A stretch of 63,707 nucleotides of DNA, filler included, from Choristocarpus tenellus KU-1152 (taxonomy: Eukaryota; Protista; Phaeophyceae), in the NCBI GenBank assembly GCA_964200185.2. It is 9 parts of 9 records of this genome, joined end to end, with 100 filler letters (N's around TTAATTAATTAA, not from the genome) between each part and the next. Parts side by side here need not be neighbours in the genome. Positions count along the whole stretch, not along the records: positions 1 to 10,129 come from CAXNAD020003137.1; positions 10,230 to 18,233 come from CAXNAD020005281.1; 7 more parts are not named here. The stretch is one strand, 5' to 3'. Under the pieces are notes generated by a model that did not search any database, was not told the DNA's origin, and saw only the letters and a list, made by a program, of their open reading frames with translations. Shown in pieces: positions 1-13,700 of this stretch. The translations under genes and the position numbers were made by a program. Within the stretch, counting starts at the first letter, position 1. Each line of letters begins with the position of its first letter.

Positions 1-6
1 TTCCTG

Positions 7-203
7 TGTTCAAATTATCTGGGGGGGGGGGGTGTTGGCGTCCGTTTTTGACGCTGGCTTAATGTATGTAGGGAGGGTGGTGGCTGTCCATTTTGGGCCA
101 ATTTTTTCATGTCGCGATTTTGGGGTGATTTGGTTCCATACGTTGGATGGATAACGAAAGTGTACTTTACCTGGTTTTGGTCCACAAGGACACTCTGGTG
201 TAG

Positions 204-237
<34 letters not shown>

Positions 238-320
238 CCCCACCCCCCATGGCATTTGTAATATTTTTTACGTTGCTCTTGTCTGANNNNNNNNNNCCCC
301 CCCGAGACACTTTGGGTCCC
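7..320. mobile_element. Nested MITEs: family A2 left end (7-55) interrupted by a family A1 copy (from 56); poly-C run and a 10-N gap inside
   Basis: TTCAAATTATCTG(n)-GTGTTGGCGTCCGTTTTT matches the A2 start at 17144. From 56, GGCTTAATGTATGTAGGGAGGGTGGTGGCTGTCC matches A1. Ends in GAGACACTTTGGGTCC. Confidence 0.7.
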
Positions 321-671
321 TACTACTGTTGATATTATTATTACCGTTGATAACCATAGTTGCACACCTTTAATCGAAAAGAGATGCTGGGGTTGGAAAT
401 TCAGATTGTCAATCTATGTCCCCAGTAATAGATCACTTTGCCACTTTGAAGTATCTCAAGGATAAAATACAATTAATTCATCACCATTTATACACACAAA
501 ATCTAGATGGTTCTACCTGCCCAGAGTAAAATGTAATATAGGGTTAGGGTTAGGGTATTTCTGAGTTAGGTCTTGTCTTGAAATAAGACTATCCTTAGGG
601 CATAATTATCTTGTCTGTACCTCAATATACTACAAGAAGTGTACTGTGTTCTATAGATAAGCCTGACCCTT

Positions 672-850
672 GGCTCAAAGTATCTGGGGGGGGGAGGTTC
701 TACACCAGGGTGTCTATTTGGGCCCTGACCAGGAAAAGTGCGCTTTCATTATTCATCTGATGCATGCAACCAAATCACGAAAAAATTGCGTGATGGAAAA
801 ATTGGCCCAAAAATGGACAGTTGTCACTCCCCTCCTAGATACTTTGAGCC
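672..850. mobile_element. MITE family A1, complete copy
   Basis: TIRs GGCTCAAAGTATCT / AGATACTTTGAGCC, flanked by CTT/CTT; internal sequence shared with the copies at 7892, 8409 and 57330. Confidence 0.9.
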
Positions 851-1239
851 CTTCCTGCTGCCCATGAGAAAAAGAGGCCTTTATAGTCTCTGCTGAGACC
901 TCTTTCATTGAAAAGGATCAGAAGTATGTAGCATCCAAAGAAGATGGTCCAAAGAAGGGTAGGTTGCAGGGGTTGTTGTGGTATGAGCAAAATAAGGAAC
1001 TGTTTGTCCAAAGAAAACGGAATTGCACAGAGCTTGATTTTGTTTGGTTTAGACCGTTTTTTGTGACTTTGCAGACTTCTAGGGCAGGTGATAAGGTTAA
1101 TCAAAGCAGGATAGGGCACATTTCTAGCTTGCATGTTTGGTGCTTTGGTAGTCTGGGACATTGAGCAAACTTTTGAAACATGGCTGTGAGAAAGAACACC
1201 ATACCTATTTTTAGCAACAAAGCTTTGCACAATTCTAAT

Positions 1240-1365
1240 GAGTCAAAGTATCTTAGAGGGTATAGCCATGTCCATTTGGGGGTCAAAATCCAATGTTGCA
1301 ATTTTCATGTAATTTTGGCTATTGTGTTTGTTTGGAGATGCCGATATCCTTGTTCCGGACACAAA
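1240..1365. mobile_element. MITE family B, truncated copy
   Basis: Begins GAGTCAAAGTATCTTAGAGGGTA and aligns to the first half of 5142-5400. Confidence 0.8.
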
Positions 1366-4300
1366 ATATTCCAGTATTGCTTCCCTACAATTTTTTATTG
1401 CTGCACACCACAGCTAGTGCACACACAGCTTTCCCTAAGTATCAGTCTCATTATCACATACTTTCTCCATGCTTCTCCTCCCCTTTTCCCTTCCCTTATT
1501 GCTGTGTATTGTTGGCAGGAGCGGAAAGGTTGTGCTGTGGAATACAAGGGATAATTTTTGTCAAGAATGGTTCATTGATGGCGATGGGTGAGAAAAATGT
1601 CCACAGAAACATTATAGAGTTGGCGAATCATATGTTACCATTACCTATGCAGTAAGAATGCAATGGGATTTCCAAGCCCAAGGCAAAATGAGGTACTTGC
1701 TACAGTTTACTAAGTTCTGCCTTTCAAGTAGTTTCCAATTCCCTAAGTTTGAGGGAGCTGTGTTGTAGTTGCCCTTCACCATCCCACCAGCAAATGAAAT
1801 TATCTTCATAACTAAAACCTAGACACGATTTCAAATTTGATACCACATTTGCTGTGCACCACAAGGTCGCCCTTTTGCTCGTGACAGGGCCTTACATTTG
1901 CTTTTGATGCCTTGTTGTCGGGTGATGTGACAGGTACCCTGTGACAGCGCTTTGTGCAAGAGACTGCCTTCTAGTAGCAGCCTATTCCACAGGGCATTTG
2001 CGAGTCTACTCTGCACCAAGAAGGCGAGCAGGCTATTGACCATCTTTCCCCTTTAGTTTGTGTTTCATGGGAGTGATAGGAATACTGCAACAACAGCGTC
2101 ATCAACCTTCAAAGCATGCTGATAGCACTGGACACATCCAATGCTTCTGCTTGAACATGTGGACTGCCCTGCAGAGTTGTGACCAAATAGGAAGCGGTAT
2201 GCTAATCAAAAGAGTTGTAAACGTCCTATGTAGTGCTTCATGGAGTAGTGCTTATCCCTTTATATTGGGTGCACATTTTTTTTTGCTACAAAACAAAGTG
2301 ACAGCTACTTGTCTCCCAAAATGTGGAGGCTTTGTTCACCACCATGAACAAACAAAAACTATTGACCTGTGCTGTCTAGGACATCATCAATCAATGAGAG
2401 GCTGTGCACTGATAACTTCCATATCATTACCCAAAAATAAATACTCCCTGAGCACCCACCTCCAAAGTTGCTCTAGACAAAGGTTTGACACGCTCTCAAA
2501 AAGAGGTGACGTGTTCGCTGCTCTTTGCCACAGGGAGCTAACTGTTGAGATTGTGGCCCATTCCCGTATCATCAACGCCATTGACATTCACTGCCAAAGC
2601 ATGATGGTGAGCACAACAATCAATATACAGCATATATTGTATGATACTGTTAGGTTTACGTTTGGGGCCAGTCCAAAAGTTGAACTTCAATATCACGAAG
2701 CATACAAAGATGAGACGCAGACATGAACAAGCATGAGCAAAGAAACAATAATTATTTCTCAATTCTGAATAGGACTATTAATATTAGCAGTAGTAGTTGT
2801 TGTTGTAGCAATAGCAATATAATACCTTACAAGGATATACCATCTAATGAAATTATATTACCACACAATAGCAGAGGACAAAGAATACACACATAATGGA
2901 TAAAATTGGAGGTCTGCTCATACTATAGCTGTCAACCGTCCTTCCAAAAAAAAATGCACTGTTCTTCACAAAACATGACCCAGGTGGTGTCTGTTGGTGA
3001 GGACTGCATCTTGAATGTATGGGAACTATCTGATACTAGAGGGGGAAAATCGGGTCAGGTCAGTACAAACGTTTTACTATGACTACAAACTTGATGATAA
3101 AAGGGAACAGAAGGTCATACCCTTGTGCTCTTGAGCACTACTGTCCAGTAGAGTTCAATCACAGTACAGCAGTGAAACATACCCAGCTGCATGCTCTTTC
3201 TATTACTAGGAATATATTGCTATTTCAGAGCACAAATTCTTACTTTGTTTAAGCTGTGCAGAGCTCTAGTAGTAGACTGGCAGAAAGTGGTGTGGATACA
3301 TCCTGACCGTTGTATGGTTGACCTGTTTTTTGGATGATATTATTGCAACCATTTTTTCCCCAACTCTTCATATGTTGTTGATCCTAGCGTGTTAATTATG
3401 GTGCAGTGTATATGTCTGTGTCTGTGTGTACAAAGTAGCCGTGCTACTAAAATCTTGCCACCAATGCTTCCATGACACAGTCTCATTGAACACATTAGAT
3501 ATATATATATCTACAGGACACCATTGTTCTCATCACCCCCCATACATCTGGCAGGTAGGTCTTGTTGCAACCTCCAGAGTGCCAAATCAGCTCCTAACCG
3601 GAGTCAAGTTCTTGAGTGACAACTCCAACAGAATTCTAGCCACATCCTATGATTGTGACTCTATGCACATTTGGAAGAAGCTGTGAAAGGGAATCGAGCT
3701 CCAGGACACCCTCAGGGGCCAAGAGACTTACTTATGTTGTAGATCGGGCCTAGGAGATAGAAATGTCAAATTTTTCAAACTAAACATAAAAATATTCTTG
3801 ACAGTTGATTGATGATAACTCTGCTTGGCAAGGTGTTATTGTACAACATCATTTTTTGTATTAAAGTGCTTAGCCATTTTATGTATGTCATGTTATTGTT
3901 CTGCACACCAACACCAAGAAAAGTTAGTTCAACATGCTTGATTTCCCCTCATCATTATTCCTGAACGGCACACACCAACACACATACACGCACAGGATGT
4001 GGTACCCTTTTTGATCTTTTGAAGCATTGGAATATAGTGATGTACAGTAGAAATTTATGTGCATTAGATTATTTGATAGAGTAATGTCTGCACCCGACTC
4101 TAAACAAATGAGTGTTTAGGCAATATGGTAGGAAACTGAGCAAATTTCCCAGCTGTTGTATCATTCTACTGAAATAGGAGATGCAATAAATTCTTCTCAC
4201 TTGATGCAGTATGTGATACGACCACACCCTCTCTGGGGAGTGTCATTGACTAGCAGTCCAGCTGGATGTGAAGATGATAAGTATATAATGTAATCGACAC

Positions 4301-5141
4301 TCCTCTCAACAGGATTTTGAAGTTCATAGCTTATGGTATATACTTACACAAAGTCATTAGCATTGGCGCGTGTAAGACAATCTCCTTCAGTGCATCTTTC
4401 ACCTTTTTGTTGCTGAGTGAAACTATCTCAAAGAGGAATCAGATTTTTGTCCCTCTGATTTTGAAGGCCCATATCAGCCTTGTGCAATTTACACCATATT
4501 CCTCCTGCCTGGAATAAACGTAAACACCCTTAGATGGGTGTGACAGTAGAAGAGCAGACTAGCTGGGAAGAGATTAAAAGTGTTCAAAATACTTGCAACA
4601 AAAAGGCAGTAATAGGGGCTCTACAAAGTAAATGACACCTCCCTCTTAGATGGGATTTTCCTTCTCTAGGGGGAGTCCTAATCATATGCGCATGAGTTTG
4701 TTCCAAGAACAAAAAAACCAAAAAATATTTGAGTAACTGAAAACATGCATACGCCAAAGACAATAAAAACATTCAACACTGTTGTAAGAAATATATCACT
4801 ACTGCCAATGAAAACACAATGTACAACATTTTTTTTGCACTACAGTAGAAAGTACTATGAAAATATTCAATGACATCGGCAAGTACCATAATTATTATAG
4901 TGACAATTATAAGCTTCAGTGCGTATGATACGCTTGGAACACGACATACTAAGAGCATGGCAAGTTTTTGGCGCAATATGCTATTGTTGGTATGACCACG
5001 ATACACTGACAGAAGAAAAAAAACTCCATAAACAATGACAAAATTTCCTTGAAGCGGGCAATCTCGAATTATATGGATAAAGGAGGATTTCATTAAGAGA
5101 TGCAAGGAACCAAGAGCTCATACAAAGAGAAAAAGTGTAAA

Positions 5142-5400
5142 GAGCCAAAGTATGTTAGAGGGTAGAGCCACGTCCCTTTGGGGGCCAAGATCCAAGGTTG
5201 CGATTTTGATGTAATTTTGGCTATCGTGTTAGTTAGAAAGTGTCAATATCCATGTTCCGGACACACCTTTTCATAACGTATACATTTTACCTATTCCTAA
5301 ACATTCTGGAGTAGGAAAATGTCATAAAAAAATCCATGGGAAGCCAAGCCCCAAATGGACAAACAGGTCAAAACTTGTACCCTCTAAGATACTTTCACTC
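5142..5400. mobile_element. MITE family B, complete copy
   Basis: GAGCCAAAGTATGTTAGAGGGTA ... TACCCTCTAAGATACTTTCACTC, flanked by AAA/AAA. Confidence 0.9.
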
Positions 5401-7736
5401 AAACATGTATCACATTCAGAAGAGCATCCCAGGTATACAAACCACCACCTCACATTGGTCATACACACGCGCGACATAGTACATACTTTCACTATGGACA
5501 CAAGGATCCACCAAATCGATAGGTAGTATAGTCCAAAGTGTGATGCATGTACATGCCATGTGGGTCAATGTTGATCATGTTTTTGTTACCAGGATTAACG
5601 TACTTCAAACAGGTTAACAACTCTGCCAACGATGACTGACCAAAAATGAAGTAAGGTCGTACATGCAAAAATCTACAGTGCCCATTTGTAGGTGCAGTAC
5701 AGAACAGCACCGTAATACAATAAATACAATATAATGCCTGCATATATCTTTCTGAAATCACGAGGTTCAATTCTGGAAGATATACTCCGGAGTATTTTTC
5801 ACTCTTGAATATGATGTACTATTTCATATCAACTTCGTATCAATTCACAAATCTTACGGGGAACAGACACATCGGTGTGTGTCTCTTAGTGCTATAGACC
5901 GAGCACAACATTTGTTTATGAGGTAGCAGAGTGGTCACTTAGCGCAGCTTCACCGCCTTCAATAAACAAATGAGGTCAAGGGGAAGTACCAAAACGATTC
6001 AGTCCAACAGAGAAAGAAATATTTTCACCTTCTTAAACATGACAAGTTGTGGACTAAACCTGATGCCGGACAACCACAATCAGGCTCTGCAAAGAACCCC
6101 CAGGAAGGCAGGTTGGTGTATACAGTACGTTATTTGCCTTAGCTATCATGTCACGCACCCATAACTTGTCCAAAGACTATATTTATTGCCACTGCCTACT
6201 TCCTGAACAACTTTGCTCCTGGCGCCTCTCTCCTCCTCCAACTTAGAGACATGTTATAGAACTGGCTGTGGAATTGTGAGTTGTTATTGTGACGATATTC
6301 ATTGTTTTCGTTCACTTCTTCATGACTCCCACTACAGTACACAACAAGCATAGATCAAATATTATGATGCCCCTTCATTCTTCTTCCCTTGGCATAACAA
6401 TGATGACCCTCTCAGACAGACCAAATGCAACACATGTGATGTATATATACAATATGTTCTTATTGTTGCTGACTCTTTTATGACATAAAGATATGAATTG
6501 CTCAAAATATTCTGTTTTTATTTTGGAGATATTTGTTAGGGTTAGGACTAAGTCTCGTTTCAGATTTTTGTGCTGTGCACTTAAACAATTTCAATCAATA
6601 TAGAGTAAACAGGACGGTAAATACAGTACAGGTATCACGCGTAGCCATGTGAAGCTAAATAACATGCTAAGACGCACAGCCTAGAAAACAGTACAGCCTC
6701 ACATTTTCTCCATTTTTCCTTTCCTTTGTTGGTTCCATGCAGCACAAGATGTGTGAGGTGTGCTCGTGCCACCAGAACGTTTCACCAATTTCCACTCAAC
6801 ACCCTTAACTCCACAACAAAGAAACTAAAACGTGCATGGTGTCCGTGACATGTGATTGTCATCAAAGTTAGTAGAAGGAGCAGACTTAACTGGTGCTGTG
6901 CCATGATTGCATAATACTGCTCAATTCCGTCAGTCATCACCCCGACATATTCTCTGTGTAGAATAGGACTTCTGAGCAGACATTTGTCTTGTGTGTTTGA
7001 GTGTCTGTTTGACTTTAGTCCATGAGATGTCACCAGGGAGACATTATTGGTATATGCAGATCGATGAATAATTTATTGGTATTCCAGTTTGATTATACTG
7101 ATGTAATAGTTGTAGTGGTGGTATGTTTCATGTATGACCAAATATTCTGACAAGACAATTAACATATGACCGAATATTTGTGACACATACACACACACAC
7201 ACATAAATATATATATATGCAAATATATGGTGTTGTCCAGGATTTCCTCGACCTGCTGGTTCCACCTGTCCACACAGGCAGTTTCTTCACATCATTCTCC
7301 ATGTTCATTTGGCTGGTAACCTGTACAGATATACTCCATAAACCGCTAGTTGTGAAAGCAGTACAAACACGACCAAGATAGAAGTCAGTAGAAGAAAGGA
7401 GGTGGGACTACTATTCACCTCATCAACACAGGAAAGGAGTTATCCTTCTATCCATTCTGCTCCTCCACACAAAAAATGGAGGTCCTTGAATAACCCATCC
7501 AACGACATCGCCATTATTTGTGAAAAAAAACATTTCGTTTGCCAATGATGAGTTATACCATCTACGACAAAGACGTTGAGTTTGTAGGATGCTTATGGTA
7601 GCCTCGTGACTCATGTGCTTCGAGAACAAAGGACAGACTTTTCAGTTGACAATGTATCCACGGCCAATCATCTATTCTACAGTCACACCCTCCTAATCGA
7701 TGTTAACTGCATTTCTGACATGGGCATGGTGTATAT

Positions 7737-8330
7737 TGTTCGTAGATGGTGTTCCTGATACGCTATAGACACCACCAGTGGAGTAGATTAAGAAAGGTAG
7801 AGTCAGATATGTGTTTCCATATATTTCAGTTTAGCTCTACCCAGCGTTCATGTATTGTAGGGACCTGATATTAGATTATCGGTTCATATATGGCTCAAAG
7901 TATCTGGGAGGGGGTGGTGGCTGTCCATTTGGGGACATTTTTTCCATGTCGCGACTTTTGGGTGGTTTTGGTTGCATGCGTCGAATGGATACTGTAAATT
8001 CACTTCTCCTGGCCAGGGCACAAATGAACACCCTGGTGCAGAACCCCCTGGTGCAGAACCCCCCACCCCCCCCAGATACCTTGAGCCTATCATATATGGT
8101 ACATATGATCCAGTAATAGTATTCTTTTCTGATTATCCATGTGGACGTTGAAATCCCACATGGTAGTCTATACATGCTCAGCCCACAAGTTCAATCAGTG
8201 GAACTGAGACCACAAGTCCCTTGTAACACTAACATTATATATTCACACCAGGCTACTTATTGTCTTCTACCAAGGTACATGATTATCATCTTAACTGCAG
8301 GTCCAGTATGGAATGCTTCAACTTATTTTG
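7737..8330. repeat. Unclassified dispersed repeat (second copy ~55516-55890); an A1 MITE is inserted in this copy
   Basis: Collinear blocks in both places: TGTTCGTAGAT.GTG..CTGATAC.CTATAGACACC, TGAGACCACAAG.CCCTTGTAA, GGTCCAGT.TGGAAT.TTCAAC. Confidence 0.7.
7892..8087. mobile_element. MITE family A1, complete copy with a small internal tandem duplication
   Basis: TIRs GGCTCAAAGTATCTGGG / CCCAGATACCTTGAGCC, flanked by TAT/TAT; CCCTGGTGCAGAACC is duplicated internally. Confidence 0.9.
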
Positions 8331-8408
8331 CACAAGATTTCAGTAGACACTTGACTCAAAAGGTTCAACATCATCAACTCCCCTCTACTGTGGGTTTACT
8401 CAATACTG

Positions 8409-8588
8409 GGCTTAAAGTATCTGGGGGAAGGGGTGGCGGCTGTCCATTGGGGTCATTTTTTTCATGTCGCGACTTTTGGGTTATTTTGGTTGCATACGTC
8501 GGATGGATAATGTAAATACACATTTCCTGCTTTTGAACTAAATGGACACCCTGGTGTAGACCCTTCCCCCCCTCAGATACTTTGGGTC
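8409..8588. mobile_element. MITE family A1, complete copy
   Basis: GGCTTAAAGTATCTGGGGG ... CAGATACTTTGGGTC; flanks CTG/TTG. Confidence 0.85.
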
Positions 8589-10129
8589 TTGCTGACAACA
8601 AAAACCCCAACTGGTAATGTGAAAAATTCCTGTGCGGCAGGGTGGGAGAGACCCAGTCACGAGGAGAAATCGGTGAGGTCAGAGTCTGATACATGCACGA
8701 GAAAAGTAGGGTTTTCAGTTTTGTTTTGTTGACAGTCTGCACTGTCTGATTTTGGAAACAACCAAATTTCTAATCTATTCACAGTAGGTGCCTAAGAAGT
8801 CGTGCCTGTAGGTGCTTCTGATCGACCAGCTTCAGTTCTTTTCTGGCAAATGAGACACTTAGACGACTGCAAATGGACTTGTTCATTACCGATGAAATAG
8901 TCTGGGAAGGAGAGCTAGAGCTGGGCACTGTGTTGTTGCTTTGGTCCACGATCCTACCCCAACTTCAATTCTCACCATGCCATTCTACAATTGTCTAAGC
9001 TAGTGAACTCCCCTGCTTCTCTGAACTTGCTAATCATTGTCCTCCCCTGTTGCAACATGATGGGATGGGATTTCATTTATATAGGCCAACACAAAGGTAG
9101 GTAATTAAGAATGGACTTCACTTGAGGGGTTACTCCCCTTTAAAAGCTTACTCTTTGAAACTCTTGAAAGGTAATTCTTTACAAAATATTCCTACTAGCT
9201 TCAGTATTTCTGGCTATAAAAGCCAACTGCAACGATCTTACACAGTAAATGTACTTGCTTGTCAAGTTTGGGGGAAAAAATCATAAATGCGTCAATAACG
9301 TTGTCTGCAACCAATCAACCATCAACAGCTTGTAGGTGTAGTCTTACAACACTATAAGAGTCACAAAGTAATAAATGCAAGTCGTTCTTGTCGACTCAAT
9401 TGTTATCAGTACAAAAAAAGAATAACGAAAATAAGTCATACATAGCCAATGCAAAATCCGTATCTCCAGCCAAATATAAGTATCACCCATTTCAACACAC
9501 ACATCCAGTGTGCCTCAGCACAATCAAACGAAGAAACAGGAACAGAGAGATATGTCGATGTAAGAGAAATATCTGCATTGCACAAGAATATTTGGTCAGA
9601 ACAGAGATTCAACGGGTCACTCCTAGCAGAATACATCATTACTGAGTGCTGCCATGCACTAATGCTAAAACAACAAATCGCCCACCAAGATTTAATGCAG
9701 GGCTCACTTGACATCAAAAGACTGTATATTCCTCCAGCATGCACAGGTTGTTACAGCTTCAACAACTTCGGCATGCTCTAAATTACCCCGAAGCTGCTAT
9801 TGGTCAACCAAAACCCCAGTCAATGCAACGCCTCCTGAAGTGTCACCTGAGCTGCAGTCATCTACAATGCAGCCCTGGAGATCCTCTCCAGTCTAGTGGT
9901 GGGTCCGGCAACACATGGGAGGACAGGGGGTGGATGATTTAGTACCCTTAGCAATGTGCCGTGGCATCCCTTCCCCAGCATAGGCATGTGAAGCCCCATG
10001 CCCGGTGGCCAACAATAAGCACCTCCAAAGTGCTGTTTGCTCCACCTGCTTGGCCCTGCAATGGGCCAGGCAATACGTGAGGGCACGGGGGGTCAAGTGA
10101 ATATTTAGACCTAGGCAGTATGCAATGAC

Positions 10130-10229
10130 NNNNNNNNNNNNNNNNNNNNNNNNNNNNNNNNNNNNNNNNNNNNTTAATTAATTAANNNNNNNNNNNNNNN
10201 NNNNNNNNNNNNNNNNNNNNNNNNNNNNN
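10130..10229. other. Artificial contig-joining spacer (N44-TTAATTAATTAA-N44); identical spacers at 18234-18333, 27171-27270, 34287-34386, 43144-43243, 46776-46875, 57696-57795, 60631-60730
   Basis: Eight identical 100-nt N blocks, each with a central TTAATTAATTAA that gives stops in all six frames. Confidence 0.98.
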
Positions 10230-10304
10230 CCACCCCCAAAGACCCTCCAATCAAAATCTATGGCAATGAACGGATGTGGGGTGAAGAAGAGTCCTAGAAG
10301 AGTC

Positions 10305-10693
10305 CTAGAAGAGTCCCAGCCCAGCATATCCTTCACATATCGCAGGGAAGGGATAGTCGAAACACAGGTAATCCTTCCGATAGTAGTGGGCCAGTCGACA
10401 AGCTTGGTATGGCTCTTTGCTAAGCCACTTGCCAAAAGCTGTCCTCTGGACACCCGAGACGTTTTTCATACCCTCGTGAACATTTGCACGCTCAGTAGCT
10501 GCTGGAGGGATGCCGGGAGGTCCTACTTCCTTCATATGTGCCCAATCCTCGTCGTAGTTCTCCAGCTTCACGACGTAATCCACCCGACGAGGCCAGCCTC
10601 CAGGTCTGGTGTTGAAAAAGACCTTCATGGGGCAGGCAGATAGATTATCGGGAGAAGGATGGCCGTATTTATCGAGTGATGAACATTGTATAC

Positions 10694-10724
<31 letters not shown>

Positions 10725-13700
10725 TCGTTGTTATCAAATAAAAAAACTGCCTCTCTAACGACTCGCTTGCACTATTACACAGGCAAGAAAAATCCTATTT
10801 TTTTTTACTTCCACCGAACAGCAAGCAGAGTGTCGTAAAATAGACTTTAAAACATTTTTTTTTCTTATTTACTTACAGATATAATGAACGAGAATTCACA
10901 ATAAAAACAATAAAAACAATATCGTTTCGGTACAATATGTTGCCGTCAAAAACAGAAAAAAAGAAGCTTCGTTGAAGATATAGTAATCGTGCATAAGAGT
11001 CTCTGCACGGTTGAGGTGCTGTTCCACGTTGGGACACTCTCGGAGGCTGGCTGGCGGCTCTGCCCCCTACTATGACAAAGGCCTCCTTCTTGACGTCGCC
11101 TTTCTTTACAGAGGTCCTGGAAGGCTGCCACTTGTCCCACCGTCCACAACACCATCGGTGTTGCTAATGCAGCTGGTAAGTAAGGTGGAAAACGGGGCAC
11201 CTGCTACAAGGTGATATTTTGACCCTCATGGTTTTGATCTCAACGGCTCGGTAAGCAAGCAGAAATTTTCCTAGGTGAGCAGACCCTAACCCTAACCCCA
11301 ACCCCAACCCTAATGTTAACTAACCTCTTCGGAGTAGACAAACCGGGCGAAACAAAAAAAAAAATGTTGCAATTTTTTTGTCGGAGAGAGGCGGGGTGGG
11401 TTTCCCTCGCCCAGGCGTTCATTCTCATCCCAAGCATTTAAGAGAGGGGAGGGGGGTTTGGCCCTGCTTGCCCGTTCGGGGCTTGACCGAAACCGAAAAA
11501 ACCGAGTTTTCTTACGCCGTTCGGTTTTTCGGTTTTTTCGAAATATTTGGAGTGTAGTAGGTGAAATAAATGTGTACGGCTATGAAAGGTGTACATCTGG
11601 AGCGAGGATATTGACTCATGCTAGCGAAAAAAAGATAGTCGAAATCATGTCAAAATGGCAACATCGGATCCTGAACCGTGGACGGATGCGGCCCTATCCC
11701 TCTTAGGCGGTCTCAAACCCGTCAAGAACACAAACGGGATGCACCATAGGAACACCCTGCACAGAGTAAGATCAAGACGGCGGAGACTACTTCAATCTTG
11801 GCATTCCGAGTACACATACAAACAGGGAATTCAGCACAGTCCACACTTGTGTCGGCCGTTGGTTCCAACTACAGATCAGAGACAACTTATCACCAACCAA
11901 ACTGTGGGAGGTTGGCAGGCTGATGTCACAGTGTAAGCGCAGCCAATCAGTTACTTCCACAGTCACCCCATACTGTCGACCAAGCTGCCGACCAGTTTAC
12001 ACATCTCTGATTGGAGAAATGAAAGGAGGGATAGAACCAAAGAGTCAAATTATCTTAGAGAGTAGACCCCCGTCCGTTTGGGGGGCCCAAAATCTAATGT
12101 TGCAATTTTTGATGCAATTTTTGATGCAATCTTGGCTATCGTGTTTAATAGGAAGCATCAGTATCCTTGTTCCAGACACACCTCTTCATAACGTATACAT
12201 TTTTATTTTTTTTATCTATGGTAAGTCAAGCCCCAAATGGACAAACAGGGCAAAACTCGTACCCTCTTGAGGTATTTTCACTCGAATTTGTAGAAAACTA
12301 CACAGGCAAGACGGATATGGACCTTTTCGATCTACTCTTTTGAATCTCCCCCCTCTGGTCAAAATCGACCACTCTTGCACCCTTCCTCGATCGTGTGAGC
12401 CCTACCATACTGGAGTGCTTTGTGCGTTAAGAGGAACATGGTACCATGCTCGTTTTTTCTTCTTGACAAGAACCCGAGGCTGGACATTGATCTGAAATAC
12501 CAACAACACATACTCACCATGGGCAAAACGTGGTGGTAAAAACGGAACCTATCCATATCAGTATTATTGTACAGTGAATCGATGTACTCGGTGAATCCTT
12601 TCGGGGTCTCTGGCATGGGCTCGAGCCTCTCAGTGATACGATGGTTATTCACAGTGTAAAAGGCTGAGGTTCCCCGTTCCAATGGTTCTCGCACGACAGT
12701 GAAAGCAAAGTATTCCTCCAGCTCCTTCTCTCCTCCCACTTCCTCTACTTCTTTCTCCAGGTAGAGCTTATATAGCAGCATAGTGTCAACATGGTTACAG
12801 GGAACGGAGCGAGCGCGAACAGATCGTGTCAGCAAAAATCGTGATGCCAACATACCACAGAGGGAAAGTGGGAATTGCAAGCAACTGACAACGGCTGTAG
12901 GGTGGAGCAAAAAATAAGTAAGTATTGTCACCTTTTAGACTCATTCGTCCAGTGTAGGATAGGTGATAGTCACAGCTGCTAGGATGGCGAAAGTGAATTG
13001 TTGGAGGTTGGAAGAGGATGGGGGTACAGCAAGGGGCAATTTTCTCTTGAACTTACCAAAAATCTTATGGTCATCATCAATTTCCATTCCAGTGGAATAC
13101 TACTCTGTGGCAAAACCTTGTTGACATGCTGCAATCTCCCTTCCAACACACCTGTCGGAAGCCCCAAGGGGCAAGACTTCGTCTGGTTGTACTAGATCCA
13201 GCCTTGGGCACCTGGAGGTCTCATGCGTGAAAAGAGAAGGGAAATACTGTAATCTAGGTCTCACTGTTTGTTAGGAAGGGAGAGCTAGCGTCAGAGGTGC
13301 GATGAACCGATACAAACAATGTGTTTGCTTGCACTCGCCTGAAAGTAGACAATGCGTTGCGTTTGATGAATCATCATCATGCCCTTCTTCTCCCAGCCAC
13401 CCACCTGCACACATTGTGAAGAGGTCGGATGGGCTAGTCAACGCAAGCCCCTTTTCTAAAGTCGCGGCAAGGAAGGACAGCGAGAGACCGTTAGACAGAA
13501 TCACGAGAAGGAAAAGGTCTGGGAGTGGGAGGAAGGAAGAATCGCGAGATACCATAGCAAACTTTTCTGCGTGCATGGTGACATCAATCAACCCCAAGAA
13601 CAGCTGTTGACAACTTTGAGGGGTTGTGAACCTTACCCCGCTTTTCTCGAGATCGATGTGACTCTCTTCATGAATACAGTACTGCGCTGTCAGTAGGGGA

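Noticed and set aside
672-850. MITEs as intron-generating (introner-like) elements
   Set aside because: No copy interrupts a host exon, and no consistent GT..AG arrangement at the ends restores a reading frame.
2058-2726. 222-aa plus-strand ORF
   Set aside because: Non-ATG start, no recognisable motifs, and composition typical of a chance or antisense frame.
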